The position numbers were made by a program, and so were the translations under genes. From Nemertoderma westbladi (lineage: Eukaryota > Animalia > Xenacoelomorpha): DNA of 64,000 nt. The notes under the pieces were generated by a model. That model ran no database searches, had not been told where the DNA came from, and saw only the letters and a list, made by a program, of their open reading frames with translations. The stretch's first letter is position 1, and each line of letters starts with the position of its first letter. Positions 25,630 to 40,195 of the stretch are shown one piece after another. The stretch spans positions 3,610 through 67,609 of the forward strand of contig JAUCBJ010006847.1 of NCBI GenBank assembly GCA_032718475.1. The letters run 5' to 3'.

Positions 25630-26400
25630 AAATTGGTGTTGAGATGTTCATATTTGATCACATTTTCATATTTATATTGCCATATATTATTTTAGTGGAA
25701 ACTTTAATAATAATAATAAATAACGTAAGGTAAGAAATTGTATGCAAAATATACATTCCCCAAAGTCTGATCCTGTTTAAACATTAACGGTATAATATTA
25801 TATACACAACTACTACTTAGGAGAATTATAAGTATTAACATGTCTTTTAGGTATCAAATATCTCGTATATTTGGTCAAATTTTCCTACTTATATCGCCAC
25901 TTAATGTACTAAAAACTTACTAATAAGATAAGATAAGAATTTGTATGAAAATTTAAATCCTGGACAGTCTGAATCGGTTTAAACACTATAGACATATATG
26001 ATGAATCCATATATATAAATATATGTTTAAAACCAACCAAACCAATTCCGACTTACAGAATTCAATTCTATTATAAATTCAAACATGAATTTGTTTGTTT
26101 TAACGTTACTAATAACTAATTATTATAATTAAATTCAGACGCCATTTCGACATAATTTCCATAATGTATGATGTATATAATTTATATATAATAATCGTAA
26201 TAATAATACATTATCTGAATTATCAGTAGTTAATTATATAAAATAATCATATTTAAGTTAATAATTGTACACTGGGCGAAACTATGTTGAAAAGGCGAAT
26301 TCGTTTCAATTACCTGCCAGTCCGTCAATGATTATTCAAACATTTCTCACGCAATCAAAATCTAAAACTTCCACTGAGATGTAGGGAAGCTTAGGAATTT
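25630..26400. repeat. AT-rich block duplicated at ~32810-33515 (upstream of adaptor copies B and C)
   Basis: Both copies start AAATTGGTGTTGAGATGTTCATATTTGATCAC and end AACTTCCAC...AGGGAAGCTTAGGAA. Confidence 0.9.
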
Positions 26401-26989
26401 GAGCCGAGTACAGTAAGGAAAGTTGTGGTTTCCAACCATTAGTTATGTCTTTTCAAGCCGGGAGCTTCCCATCAAACCAGGAGCTACTCATGGGGACTGG
26501 CTCATCTTCCCGCGATAGCATTGATCCGTCAGCGCTAGAACACTGCATCACATAACAACATGACATGGTATTGTGCGGTATTGCATGGTACAACAGAATG
26601 GCATAACTCATGGTACCTAACATCAGGGCATTGTACGTACAGCATGGCACCGCCTGAATGAATGCACATGGCTTGGTGAAACAGGAATGAGCAATCGCTG
26701 ACATATCAATGCTTAACATTGCACATTTTGGCACGACACTGTGCCAACTGAGGCAGTGATATGATGGCATGGCATCACAACATATAATGGCAATGTACGT
26801 ACATGTCCACACTGTGGCAACGTACATCGATGGTATTTCAACATCTTATTTTTTATGCATATCACATCATGTTATTTCGAAACGTAAAAGTAGATCTATG
26901 TTTCTAGTATTATTTGATACATATATTGATTGATCTGTTAACTATTAATATAATATTACATATTCTATATTATTCTGTAATACAATAAA

Positions 26990-28823
26990 ATGACAGATGT
27001 AAATATTATTATCAAATATACTGGGTTTTCCGGACTGAAGTGGTCTGGAGACATTTTAGGATTGGTCGACAATCCGGGTAGAACTGTGACACTCGAAGAT
27101 ATTCATGTGGGGTCGAGGGGGGATTGTGTGACCACAGAAGTTGCTGATCTAATAATATGGATTGTAACACCAGAATTGTTGGAATTTCTAAAGGAGTACA
27201 CCCAAGAAATTATACGGGAACCTCTGGGCATCGCTGTTTTGTTTGAGAGTTCGCCAACAACAGTAGATGGTGGGAAACTGGTAACGGAATGCAGGTTACC
27301 GCTTACAGCCGCCAACTTGTTTCCGGCACACTGCAAAATCGTTACTTGTACTCAAGAAGGAATGTCTGCCAATTTAAAAAAAGAGTAAGTATTTCTAACT
27401 GAATATATACTACTTCTATTAACAATATTTTCTTCCTATCACTTTGGTATAGGTTTATATTTTCTGACCACAATCCTTTTGTACTTACAGGTTTGCTGAT
27501 GTAGTAAATACTACTTTATCTGAATTCCAAACGTCCAAGATGAAAAATTTGGCAATCAGTAGCAATGAAAATAAAGCTGACTTTACTTGTTCCCCAGATA
27601 CATTACAATCACAAAAACGACCCCAATTGGAAATTCCTTCGTCCTCCCAAACGGATGCACCTGAAACAGCCAGCCTTTCAGGGGAATCCCACAGTCAATT
27701 TTCCAACACATGTGGTCCAAAAATTCCTGATGTTCCACATAAAGTTAATAGTAAACAGAGTACGTGCATTTCTGGTACATTAGCTGATGTATTTCATTCC
27801 AAGTCAAAAGATAAGTCAAGTAACGAAGCAAATCTTAGAATATTTCCAAGTAAAGATATCTATACTGTAGGTGAAATGATCGGTATTATATTGCATCATG
27901 AAAAACCTCAACTTAAGAAGGAATATATGATAAAATTCAGTTTAAAAGAAACTTATGAAACTAGGAAAGTGATGCCCAAATTGAATAATATGATGGAATG
28001 TAGTATACCAGATTTAGTAGGTTCCGTAAACATCGAGGTATTAATTCAAGAAAAGGTCAATTCATCTACAATACTCGTACAATCCTATAAAGACTATTTT
28101 GCAACATTGTTAAGGAAAACTTTAAATCCATTTGAGTTTATCAAAGATTGCACAGGGGCAAAAGATCGGGAGGAATTGGACGACATTATGTGTGGAGAAT
28201 TCGCAAAGAAAAAAACTAATTTTGCATTCGACCTCCCACCACAAGACAAGATTGTTAGATCTTATACAATGTTACACTTCACCGCTGAATATGGCCTTCC
28301 CAAACTTTGTATGATGTTGTTGGATTGCCCGGGATCTAATGAAGGAATTGGTATCCAAAATTGCGACAACTTGACGCCGATACAATTGTCCCAGAGAGCC
28401 GGTTATTCAGATTTGAGTGAAGTTTTACTTGATCGGGCTTCCGGTGGAACGCCCAGAGACAGTGGATTCATTGATTGGGATTATAACCCCCTCTTTACAG
28501 AAGGTCCACTTGGCGAGATAAAGAAGGAGATATATCAGAATGAGGAAGATTATATAGAAGATGATGAAGACTCTGAAGGTACTGACACTGGTGGCTCAAA
28601 TAAAACTTTTGTAAGAAAAATGTCAGCATCATTAGGAGATCTGGATGTACCTTCTGAAATCAAATGGAAAAAGAACAAGTTCCTTGAGAAAATTTCCCAA
28701 CAAGTGCTAATTGGCGAGATTAGCAAGGAAAGGTTTTGTGAGCTATTCACGCTGATCTTCCGTGCAGACTTGGGGAAAAAAATACCCAATTCAAGTGAAG
28801 CAGCGAAACCAAAGATAAACTAA
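26990..28823 (+). CDS. BCAP/BANK1/Dof-family adaptor, copy B: join(26990..27384,27491..28823), 575 aa
   Basis: Same phase-2 intron (106 bp here), in-frame join, same TIR-like/DBB/ankyrin motifs, no stops. Confidence 0.9.
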
Positions 28824-30261
28824 TAATCAAAACAGAAGAAACTGTAAGAAACATTGAAAATTACAAGCCTTTGTAAGGAAGATATAATAGGAGGCCCAGA
28901 TGAAACTGTTATTACGTACCTATATAGAGACTCTTTCTTTCTTATCCACTAGGTTAGGATTAGGGCAAAAATTAAGCAGAATGTTTGATTAATGTAAGAT
29001 CAAGTAGTTGGGCTGGACACATTTATACTTAATTTATGTTGAATATTACATTTATATTATTTCCTTGAAAAGTTGTAATTATCGCGATTAGAGTTATTGT
29101 ACATCTGTATCACAGTTGTAGAAGAATTGTATTTGGTAACTACTAAATATTGCTTTTTTATTGATATATTATGCATATTATGTCATACATTTTATCAATT
29201 ATTTTATTTGGTAAACATTTAATGGTTTGCTGTATGGGCGGGGTAGGTTACATTGCTTGTGTTCGAAATATATTATCTATATTAGCTATCAGGGAGGACA
29301 TGCAATACATGGTAATACAGTATGCTGAGATTAAATATTGTTACATAATATGGATATGTTTGATATGACAATATGGATATAGTATGCTGTGCAAGCAAAG
29401 AATGAAAGCATGTTCAATATATTATGTGTTGTGTGATTGGGACCAATAAACAAGTTTAGGTAAGGAATGTGGATTTTGGACGGATATAGAGGCAAGGTGA
29501 GAACATATTGTTGGCAGCCATTGTAACCCATCTCAATTAACGCTGCTATTGCACCTGATAAGTTGCGCCTTGCATTATAATATGTTATATGGGTTTGATG
29601 ACTTATTACACTCAGTTCCAGATACTGACCCAAAGTAACTGTTTGAGTGATTAATAAATTATAAATTATAGTAAAGGTAATTTTGATATATTATAATTAT
29701 AACAAAACAAAATAATTTTGATTCTGATTTAAATTATATTACATTGCTTTAATCCACCTGCGGTGCGGTAATTAAAAACAAAGGAAAAAAAATAGGACTT
29801 AGAAAGCTCACTATCTTTCACCTCCGATGGGTGGTGAAAGTTTAATGACGGAGGTGTTTGCACTGAGGATGGCTGTTGTGTGGCAAACTTGCTCATGCAA
29901 CACCAGTGGTTATGATCTAGGTGATAAACTCATCTGGATTCTGGAAGACTTCACACCCATATGTAAATGTGGGATATACATACAACAGAGATCCGCAGTC
30001 ATCAGCTGACTCCAAGAGATAATTGTCATATTGATCTTTGCTGAGAGATGCTTGTAGGCGGCAATGCCCCTTTGTAGGGGTAATTGCGATGAACATATAC
30101 ACCAAGGTAAGCGACATTATTCACAAATTCTACTGGAGCAACCTGTAGAATTAATCGTGTATAGTATAGTTTATCAGATTTTGCAGGACCGACTGCCTCT
30201 GGAAAATTTTAATGTATTTCCCAAGGGTATTTAGCCCTGCCTGATTACGTTGCAAACTCAA

Positions 30262-30481
30262 ACCGGGGGGGCGACCCGAAGGTTCCTCTTTGAATTGCTT
30301 CTACCCGAGGGTAGGAGTGGGCGCTACACCTCTCCCGTGTTTTGCTACCAGTAATTTAACTGGTACTCACTCATTTTATCGGCCACATGGGATGAAAGGC
30401 TGAGTGGACCCAGGCGGTGCTCGAACCTACAACCAATATATTGTAGGTCCGGCGCTCAACCAACTGAGCTACCGCGCCTCC
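30262..30481 (-). mobile_element. tRNA-derived SINE
   Basis: Head GGAGGCGCGGTAGCTCAGTTGG (A box)...GGTTCGAGCACC (B box), followed by CCACTCAGCCTTTCATCC...GATAAAATGAGT..., a SINE central-domain-like body. It lacks a tRNA 3' acceptor stem. Confidence 0.75.
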
Positions 30482-32809
30482 TTCCCGCCTGCCTTAAATT
30501 TGATGAAGTGTCAACTTAGTTGGAGATTGGACAGTTTACTGTCCAAGAGCTACTGATTCAAACATTTAGAATGATCGATGAAAATGCAATACAGGTGACA
30601 TCACCTGTTTTTTCAGCAGTGCTGGGCAGATCCGCACAAACAGCTGGGCAGATCCGCACAAACAGACGATTGCGACCATAATTGTAGATCTTAGAATGAT
30701 TGTTCTAAAACCACACTATTTGGAAGAACAACAGTAGATTCCATTCAGTCCATGTGTAGATAATCGTTGTATATGGTGCTTAAGGGGGTGGGGAGTCGGC
30801 TGGACGTAAATCCCATATATAAATATCCCATATCCTATAAACATCCCACATGTAAATCCCGAATTAATATCTCGTCTCAATTTTAATTAATCAATTGAAG
30901 GAAAGGATCAGGTTACAGTGGCACGTTACTCTAACCAAAACAATAAACTGAAGTCAATAGAACAGGATACAGTTTTATTTTTGGGAGATCATATAGATTG
31001 CTGGAGAGGAGCAGTGAGAACAGTGCCAACAAATAAGGCAGCAGTTGAAACCGAACTTTGATGCTTCATTAGACATGTCATCTTGGCTACAGGCCTTGTG
31101 AAACTTTTGGGAGTAAGTAGAAGAAGTAACTTCTGCTGCATCTATCGGTTTATCGAGGTCTTAGGTGCAGTTTTCCATAAAATTGGGAGCTCTTTGTATG
31201 TATCTTTGTACATATGTGAGGAGAAGTGACACGTTGTAGGGCCTTCGCGCAGCACGAGGCTCAGTTATGAGATACATATTAATATTGAGCGATTCTACTG
31301 TATCACAAACTCGGTATCTAAGAAATATAACCAAACTCCAATAAATCAAAGAGAGGGAAAAGCCCCCCCCTCCCTCTTAACCTCCCTCTTAATCTGCACC
31401 ACCCCAATCCAAAGGCGCCACAGGATTGATGAAAGGAAGAGGTATTAACATAAAATTTGTGTTTTAAAAGTAATATGTTATATTTATTTTTAATATAACA
31501 TAAAATAGAAATGGAAGCGATTCACAAATATACAAACAGCACAAATTTCTAGCAAAAATAATTAAAGATCGCATATTATTTAATTTACTTAACCAACAAA
31601 GAAATCAATAAACGCATGTTATTGGTAACATGTTAAACATGAAATTAACATTAAATATATTAAATATTTTAGGCGTGGAGGCGACCCAATTTGTAAGAAA
31701 TAAAAAACTTACCTTATGCCGATAGTATTGATACTGAGATATTAATTTATCGTAATTTACCAATCATTTTGTAAGCTAAACACAATAACCAAGCTGGCTT
31801 ATTAGTCTGGCTCATTACAATGCTGCCTTTGAGTAGAGGTGAGGTGTGTGGTTGGACTGGTTCCCCTTCCAAGCTAGGCTAGGCATGCCAAGGAATGAGG
31901 GAGCTATAGCTGGAGACAGGGGCATTTTAATAAGTTAATTACGTTTAGATCAATTAAAAACACATTTCTTAAAGCAAATCTCTTAAACTAATTAAAAACT
32001 ATAATGGAATGGGGTATGGGGAATACAACTGTATAATTGTTAAGTATAATTATTTAAATCTTATACTAGAAAATAGTTAATATCCTCTAAGAGGCAGGTG
32101 AAAAATGATGTTTTTACCCTATCAACTTAAACAAATTAACTGCTATCATCTTAGCTTCTCGAAGGCCACACGGAAATTCAACTTGGAAAATTTCTAAACT
32201 TTTGCCAGACTATACATGTTTGGATAGATTTCATTAACATTTGGCTGAGTTATTAACATTTAAAATTGAACACGACAGAACGACAGACACAACGATTGAG
32301 TTAGTGGTACCAGTATGCTAAGGGTTCTATGTGGGGTTCTATTATTATAGATTAGACCGATGACATGTGGAGTTACAAACAATTAGTGCAAAGGTGGGAC
32401 GATTTCAAAATATTTAATCGATGGTGTGGGGACTACATATAAAACCTGATACTGGCGAATACCTGTGGGGTTTTCCCTTTGCATTCGTGACCCCAATTTA
32501 TCTTCTCTTTCTCTCTCTATCTCTTTGAATCCTCACAATTCAATAGGACGAGCAGCCGTAGATATGGTGGGTACAATTGATGTGTGGGAGATGGATATGA
32601 TTGACGTTTAAGTGGAAGGAATTTCGAAATATTTCCTTTACATATTTGGAAGTGAAATATAGAGCTTCATTAATTTCTCATGAATTTTAATTTCAGAATC
32701 ATGAAAATCTAGCGACTTATCAAGGTTAAAACGATCATCTATTTGGGGGCGATTCCATTCCAAAACTACAACAGGCAGTAATTTCTATATCCATTTCATA
32801 TACTTATAT

Positions 32810-33515
32810 AAATTGGTGTTGAGATGTTCATATTTGATCACATTTTCATATTTATATTGCCATATATTATTTTAGTGGAAACTTTAATAATAATAATAAA
32901 TAAGGTAAGATATTGTATGCAAAATGTAAATTCCCCAATGTCTGATCCTGTTTAAACATTAACGGTATAATATTATATACACAACTACTATCTTAAGATC
33001 TTTAAGTATCATATATCTCGTATATTTGGTCGAATTTTCCTACTTATATCGCCACTTAATGTACTTAAAAACTTACTAATAAGATAAGATAAGAATTTGT
33101 ATGAAAATTTAAATCCTGGACAGTCTGAATCGGTTTAAACACTATAGACATATATTAGGAAAACATATTATAATTATATATATATTTCAACCCATTACCG
33201 TCGTGCAGAATTCACTTATAATATTAATTCAAACATTACTTTGTTTGCTTTAATCTTACTAATAACTAATTATTATGTTTAAATTCAGACGCCATTTCGA
33301 CATAATTTCCATAACGTAGAAATATATAAGTTAATAATTGTACTGTGGGGCGAGCCATGTTTGAATGGTTAATAAATAAAAGACAGTCTGTAATTTATTA
33401 GTCTGCAGTTAATAAGACAGTCTTCCTGTCTTTCAATGTTTATTCAAACATTTCTCACGCAATCAATATCTAAATCTTATTTAAACTTCCACAGAGTTTC
33501 AGGGAAGCTTAGGAA
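32810..33515. repeat. Second copy of block 25630-26400
   Basis: Long identical stretches with small indels. Confidence 0.9.
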
Positions 33516-36225
33516 GTACACCTGAAGCTCAGTTTCTTATATTTTCATTATCTCGACGCTAGAGTCGCACACAATAATTACCCAATAGCATGCTAGTCAT
33601 CTGGTATAAGCTCATTTGGATGTATCCCATAACTAATTGTACGAAATAAACAATAATAGCTATGCTATTCTTTTATTGTTTATGTTCTGTGTAAGGTCGG
33701 TCAACTGGAATCGCTCCCCTACGGTGCAATGACGGTAGGCCCAAATGCACTTGAAAACAAACCTCAACTCAAATACACTTTCCAAGTTCAGCAAAGTTAT
33801 CAAATCAAAAAACAGTGTAATTGATCAGCCGGCGAAAAAAGTTGTTGGTTGGCAACCATGTATGTTCAACCCAGGAGGTTGCCGTACTACTATTGATGGG
33901 CCGCGATATTATTGACATGCCGCATATTTCCAATGCAGTCTCGACACTGGGAATGGAATTCAACCTAAAGTAAGAACCAATCAGAGCCTGCAAAGGAATC
34001 TGAGACTGTGTGGGATTTGGGAATACACCACAGTTGGGGGATGTGTGTGGGTGTGCAGACTGAAACGCCTGCGAAGTGGAGTGCTAATTAGGAGAAAATA
34101 CAAATATGTAATAATTATAAAGAGGGTGTTTTTGTAATTAATTATTAGTTAATTTTAATATTATTAGTTAATTTTATTGAATTTCTATTTCATTTTTAAG
34201 GATAACTTTGATAACATAATAATATACAGGTACATGTAGTGAAATGAAATGAACTCAGGATTGATTATGTTTTGCTATATTTTTAGCGACAGGGCATGAC
34301 CTAACCGACAAGTATCCCGACTACAGCCAACTACGAAACCGTTTCCGCAACCATTATGTTATGTAAATATGCTAGCAACCATTCTACCATTGCAGCATTG
34401 TTAGATTTAACAAAACAATTAAATGGAATAAGCGAAAACGGACTGTTTATTTAGCCTGGTCTGCCAGTAGTTACCACTGTCTGACCAGTAGCCAGGTCTG
34501 CCTAATGTTTACAATTAAAAACAAAGTCAGAAAGTTGTTCCACTAAATTTAGTGGACAACCATTGCATAATTGTTAGGTTTAACAAAACAATTAGGCCTA
34601 AAGGGAATAAGCGAAAACGGACTGTTTACACTTGTCTGCCAGTAGTGACGCCTAATAAAACTACTGGTTTACAAGTAAAAACAAAGTCAGAAAGTCGGCC
34701 CACTAATTTTGGTGGAGTGCTGCAGCTTGCCAGGTCGTATTATAGTAGGCCTAGGTCATGGGGCAGGGTATCATAAGATATGATCAAATTCAGGAAGGCA
34801 ACAAACAATCGGCGCACCATTGCAAATGCAGAATATTAAATTATAAGAATTGAAATCATAATATTTTTTGAATTTGAAATTGCACAATTCCCATTTTACA
34901 TTACGCAAGGTTTACTGTAATGCGTCATGTCTGTGATAATCCCAGAGTCTCTGATTCCCACTATCATCCCCAGTTATAAAGGAATCAACAATATATGTAA
35001 CCCGAATATATATGTAATAATATCAACCAGCAGACTGAACCATGTTCATTAGGTAGGATTACCAGTAGGTCATACTAGGCAGTATATCAGTATATCCATG
35101 CAAGGTGTTACGATATATGGCGCTGTGTTCCGAAGCAGCCCACTATACACTATAAAGTATTTTAGATAAGTCATAATAATGTACGGCCATGATTAGATAG
35201 GGACAATAAAATATCCAAGTTTATATATTTCATCCGTTTTTTGTATAGTATGTAGTTCGCGTACGTAATTTTATAATAAAATCTCAATAAATAACATTTA
35301 TGGTAGCAAGCTCCTATAAAACCCTAATACGAACTTGCCGTTTATTAATATTGACTGAATTAATTGTGTATTTGTGTTAATTTCCATTTATATTTCTTTC
35401 TAAGTTGGCTTTATATCGAATTATGCGTAATGTGCTTTAATAATCGCGAAAGTAATGTTATGGCCAGCAACCTATAAGCCCACCGGGACAGAATTCATTA
35501 CCATATATGGTAATAATTTGTGAAATAGGGGGGAAAGGGATCACAACCCGGTTTCCCCATTGGCCCAGCTGTTTTAGGTTAGTCTAATGGTGGCATGGCT
35601 TGCTGGACCAATGAGACGATTATTGCGTCATCCTTATTTCATCAGCTATAAATTGGCCGTGTTCCGGTATGTGCTAAGGCCCTTTTTTATGCGGTACCTA
35701 ATCCTGTTAACCTGTTAATGCTGTGTTAATGTTTTCTGCTTCAGTATACCTTATACCTGTTAGCTTTCTATACTTTTTCTATGATTTGAATTCCTTGCTT
35801 TCTTTTCTTCAAATTATGTAAATTGGTAATAATAATTCTGCTGATTACTTCTGAATTACAATCTTGAACTATGATTTCTACATTTGACTCTTGATTTCTA
35901 TGTAATTGAGATGCGATAATCCTTACGGGATTTCTTTCAGACTGTCAGACTGTTTGTGAATGCATGCGCCGATACTGTAGCTATTTGTTTTAGCATGGAG
36001 GGCTAAGGTACCGGTAGGCGCGGCGTGCGCACCGGGGGGAAGCGACGGAAGGGAGTGCGGAGGATCCAAAGTGGGTAACGTTGGCGGGGGGGCCACTGTT
36101 GCGGTCGGGATAATGAGTTAAGGACCGGGGACCAGCCATTGTTACAGTATTAGGGGGCTGACGATCCAGGTTTTGTCTCAACCTTGTAGTGTTGGGGGCA
36201 GAATTTGGGTTTAGTTAGGAAGCCT

Positions 36226-37281
36226 TTACCATCCATAGAGGTAAAATGCTTGAAATCCTAAGAGCTTACGGAATACCAGAAGTAATTATTGCTGGCATTG
36301 GATTGTTATATTGTGACACAGAAGCGCAGGTACTCTCACCAGATGGTGAAACTTGAGTTTTTCTCAATCCTGGCTGGCGTACTGCAAGGTGACACATTAG
36401 CACCATTACTATTTGTAATTGTGCTGGATTACGCAATGCGGGCGGCCACAAAGGGTGAAGATCTGGGATTCACACTTCAAGAACGCAGAAGTAGTAGATA
36501 TCCGGCAACTACAGTCACAGACACCGACTTTGCGGATGACATCGCCCTGCTCTCTAATACGCTAGCAGATGCACAGCTTCTACTAAATAAAGTGGAGAGG
36601 GCTGCTAAGGAGGTTGGATTGCAAATAAATGCTACCAAGACCGAATTCATGACCTTTAATGTTGATGGAAACTTGACAACCATTGATAATAATCAACTAA
36701 GGAAGGTCGATGACTTCCAGTACCTTGGATCATGGATAGAGAGTAGCAAAAAGGACATAGAAGTTAGGAAAGCAAAGGCTTGGGTAGCTCTATCAAAAAT
36801 GGATACCATCTGGAAATCAGATCTCTCCAGGCACCTGAAGACTAAGTTCTTTCGAGCCACAGTGGAAAGTGTATTTTTAAACGGGGGTGAGACCTGGACA
36901 CTGACTAAATCACTTGAACAACGAATTGATGGTTGCTACACAAGACTACTAAGGGCAGCCCTAAACATCAGCTGGAGACAACATATGACAAACGCCGAGC
37001 TTTATGGTACAATACCACCTGTATCAACCACCCTCCGTTAACGCAGATTAAGATTCAGTGGGCACTGCTGGCGAAGTAAAGACGAGGTCATACCAGATCT
37101 ACTTCTCTGGCAACCAACTCATGGAAAGCGTAGTCGTGGACGACCTGCCATAACATATATAGATCAACTTGAAAGGGATACTGAACTTGGGAGAAACGAA
37201 ATTGCGACAACTATGGAGAATCGGGAAGCCTGGAAGGATCTCATTTCCACTGTCCGAGTTCGCTCGACCTAGTAGTAGTAG
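36226..37281 (+). mobile_element. 5'-truncated LINE (RTE-like RT C-terminal half) with (TAG)n tail
   Basis: GVLQGDTLAPLLF...DFADDIAL...FQYLGS. Tail TAGTAGTAGTAG. Target duplication TAGGAAGCCT at 36216-36225 and 37282-37291. Confidence 0.92.
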
Positions 37282-38345
37282 TAGGAAGCCTATGTGTGAC
37301 TTTGGGTGGCCTATATGTCTTACACTGACTGATTGACATAGTGGTATGCTGAGTTACTAATGTGCGGGCTTTAGTACACTAGAGACTGGTAGTTAGCGCT
37401 ATCTGCCGTACTACTAGCTTATTGCTACGCTATTTGTGTTGTGTTGCTAAGGAGTGCCTGATTCTTAAATGTGAATGCTTAGATAGGCGCTGTTTCCTTG
37501 ATTGCTTTCTATTTCTTAGTTTATGCTTATTAATTGCTGATTATGTCAAAATAATACAGTATTTAGGCTGTTGCTAGTATAACCCAGTACATAATAAATT
37601 AGAAGTACATATTCTGGAATATCTAGTAAATAGTACGCAAATTCGTATTTATGACTGTAATTAATTTAGAGATATTAAAATAAAATAAAGAATTTGTACA
37701 CAGCATAGCAGAGAGTAGTTTAGGTAATTGTTTTAGAATACCGTAGACTATTCACGCTAGGCAGTTATTTGAAAACAGCGGGGCAACAGGCTGATAGCAG
37801 TATCCAGTATACAGTACAGCAGAAGTAAATTCGCTGGTCTAAAACCAGCCAAAGGGCCAAGTTTCGACAATAAGAAAATAAGTAGATTTATTTCGTTATT
37901 AAACATAAAATATTCTCACATTCAACACATTCCGCCCTGTAAATTCCAGCGTTTTTGTGATAAGTGACAACACTATCTAGACCACCTGCACTCGTTTTAA
38001 GTAGCTTAGGGAGCCGATTCAGGTTTATTGTTTTGGTTATTCCTGCGTGGCTCATAGATTCGAACAGTTAGCTCTCTGTTGCGCAATCAATAGAGAAAGG
38101 AGCAAGCGATTTGTCGGAGCCGTATAGTAAATAATAGTAAAATCATTGTAGTGGACGGCCCGGCTCGCGCCGCTTAACAGTAAGACACAGTTGCTGTTTG
38201 CGGTATCGTTCAACAGTAAGACACACCTTTTGTGTTTTACTGCTCGCGCTTGCTTAACACAAGCCATACTGCTGTATGCCTAATAACAGAATAACTAATA
38301 TCCCTATATATCTATAACACATGCAGTATCTAGTCCTACTACAAC

Positions 38346-39400
38346 ATCCCCTCACGAGCTCAGACGATAGGAAGTGCATCAATCTAAATAAGAGTTATTG
38401 AATATACTCAAAGTCTATCTGGGGCGTGTCTTTTCGCGCTTTGGATAGTTTTTATGGGGAGGTATGCGAGTTTCCGCCACTAGGGGTGTGCCCCAGGCAA
38501 CAGTTTGTTTCGGAGAACTTTCCAGAGTCTTTATTGAGGGTGAACACAATGATGGGGGCTCAGGTTCTGCAGTGACCCCAACCGTTTTGTCCTTGATTAG
38601 ATGACGGTGGTTGCAAGACAGACATTGCCCTGATGGAGTTTTCACCTGATACTGTCAATGTTGGTTTGCTTTGACAACTTGCCCTTGACAGCCCCACTGC
38701 TTGGTTGTTGGATTCCGAATCCGAACTTGAGATCCCACTGTGGCAGTGGTTAAGTGGTTTTGCCCCCAGGGTTGTAACCTGACTCGGCTCGCTGTTTCAG
38801 CTGTTGAGTTATTTTATCAAGCTGATTACGAACAGATTGGTGCATTGCTGTGAATGCACGACTATGGGCAGGTACTCCGAATCTGGTGGCCGAAAAGAAT
38901 CTCAGCTGGGAAGAAACCTGTTTCAGGCAGAGAGTTTCTGAACCTGAGAAGCCCCTCGAGGAATGTATTGGAGGTGTCTAATCCGCCAGTTTTAGTAAGG
39001 AGGGCCTTTACATCTTTTACTGTGGCTTCCGCATGGCAATTTCCCTGTGGGTACTTGGCTGAAGAGAGGCATCTGTTAACACCTCATTCCTCCAAGAACA
39101 TAGTGGTTGCCTCAGCCGTAAACTGGGTTTCACCATCAGAGCGTATCCAGGTTGGTATTCCAAATCTGGTGAATATCTTGCGGAGGTTGCAGGTGAGGGT
39201 GGTGGCCATAGGAGGAGAAAAGTGGCTGAAGTTCTCAGGCCAGCCTGAGTAACGATCGGTAACAACAAGGTAGTCTTTGGCATTGAGTTTAAAGTAGTCC
39301 GCTGAGGTATCCTCAAATGGACGAGAGGGGTGGTTTCAGGGAGAAGCAGCTCCTTGGGGTGACCTGTCAAAATTTGAGGCAGGCATTACAGGAACCCACA
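38346..39400 (-). mobile_element. Degenerate Ty3/Gypsy integrase fragment with polypurine tract and probable LTR start
   Basis: Minus frame reads RPFEDTSADYF...YLVVTDRYSGWP...IFTRFGIPTWIRSDGETQF...YPQGNCHAEATVK...PAEILFGHQIRS, with stops. GAGGGGA|TGTTGT at ~38353-38341. Confidence 0.85.
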
Positions 39401-39769
39401 CTGTTTCATATATATATATGTGATATTATTCTTCGTTAGTGGTTATTAGTGGTTCGTAGCAATGGCAAGCTGTAAATCTAGCTTTATTAAGGATTAAGGA
39501 TCGTTAAGTAAATATTAGATTCGTTGAGAAATAGCTGAGATATCGGCGTTCAAAAATTGCAGGTATTTGCATCCACCATAACCTGCAGGTCATTTATTAT
39601 ATTTCATACATACACAAATTTTTTTAGACATTATTATCTATTTATTTGTTTGATGAGTATTAATAGTTTGATGTCATTTTACTATTGTGTAGTAGCTACT
39701 CATTTAAATAAACAAAATATTCCAGAATATTATTTATTACAGTACAGCAGTATACAGTAGACAAATTGA

Positions 39770-39905
39770 AGACTATGACTTTCTTGAGACGCCTCTTAAA
39801 AGACACTAGCCTTGAAGTGGTGGATGATCTCGCAAAAGTCAAGGGTGATAGGGAGTTGCGGTGGCGCAATATAGTCGACAGCCCAGCATTGCATTCTTAA
39901 TGCAG
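39770..39905 (+). mobile_element. 3' end fragment of the LINE family at 57843-59960
   Basis: ATGACTTTCTTGAGACGC...GACACT.GCCTTGAAG..GTGGATGATCT...GGTGATAGGGAGTTG matches the reverse complement of 57860-57990. Confidence 0.8.
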
Positions 39906-39927
39906 CTTCTAGATAGATAATTGAAAC

Positions 39928-40195
39928 CTGAAAAAGGTAGACAGTCCAATCACTACGAAAGAGCATTGCATTAATACGTTTCTGATTAGTAAGACTATTA
40001 TCAATGTTTTATGTGCCTGTGTCCATCCAGTCCACCTTTTTCAAACACACATCTTGTTCCCAATTATGTAATTAAGAAATCGACAACTTGAAAAAGGTGG
40101 ACAGTCCAATCCCTACAAACTGCTTTGCTTAATACGTTTCTGATTGGACTGTCCATTGTCCATGTTTTCTGTGTCCAGTCAACCTTTTTCAAACA
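39928..40195. repeat. Two adjacent ~110-120 bp MITE-like units with terminal inverted repeats (TGAAAAAGGT.GAC...GTC.ACCTTTTTCA)
   Basis: Units at ~39929-40045 and ~40088-40193. Confidence 0.6.

Noticed and set aside
30405-30481. Functional tRNA gene
   Set aside because: A and B boxes are present, but there is no proper acceptor stem and the sequence continues into a SINE body. The same applies to the truncated head at 7435-7490.
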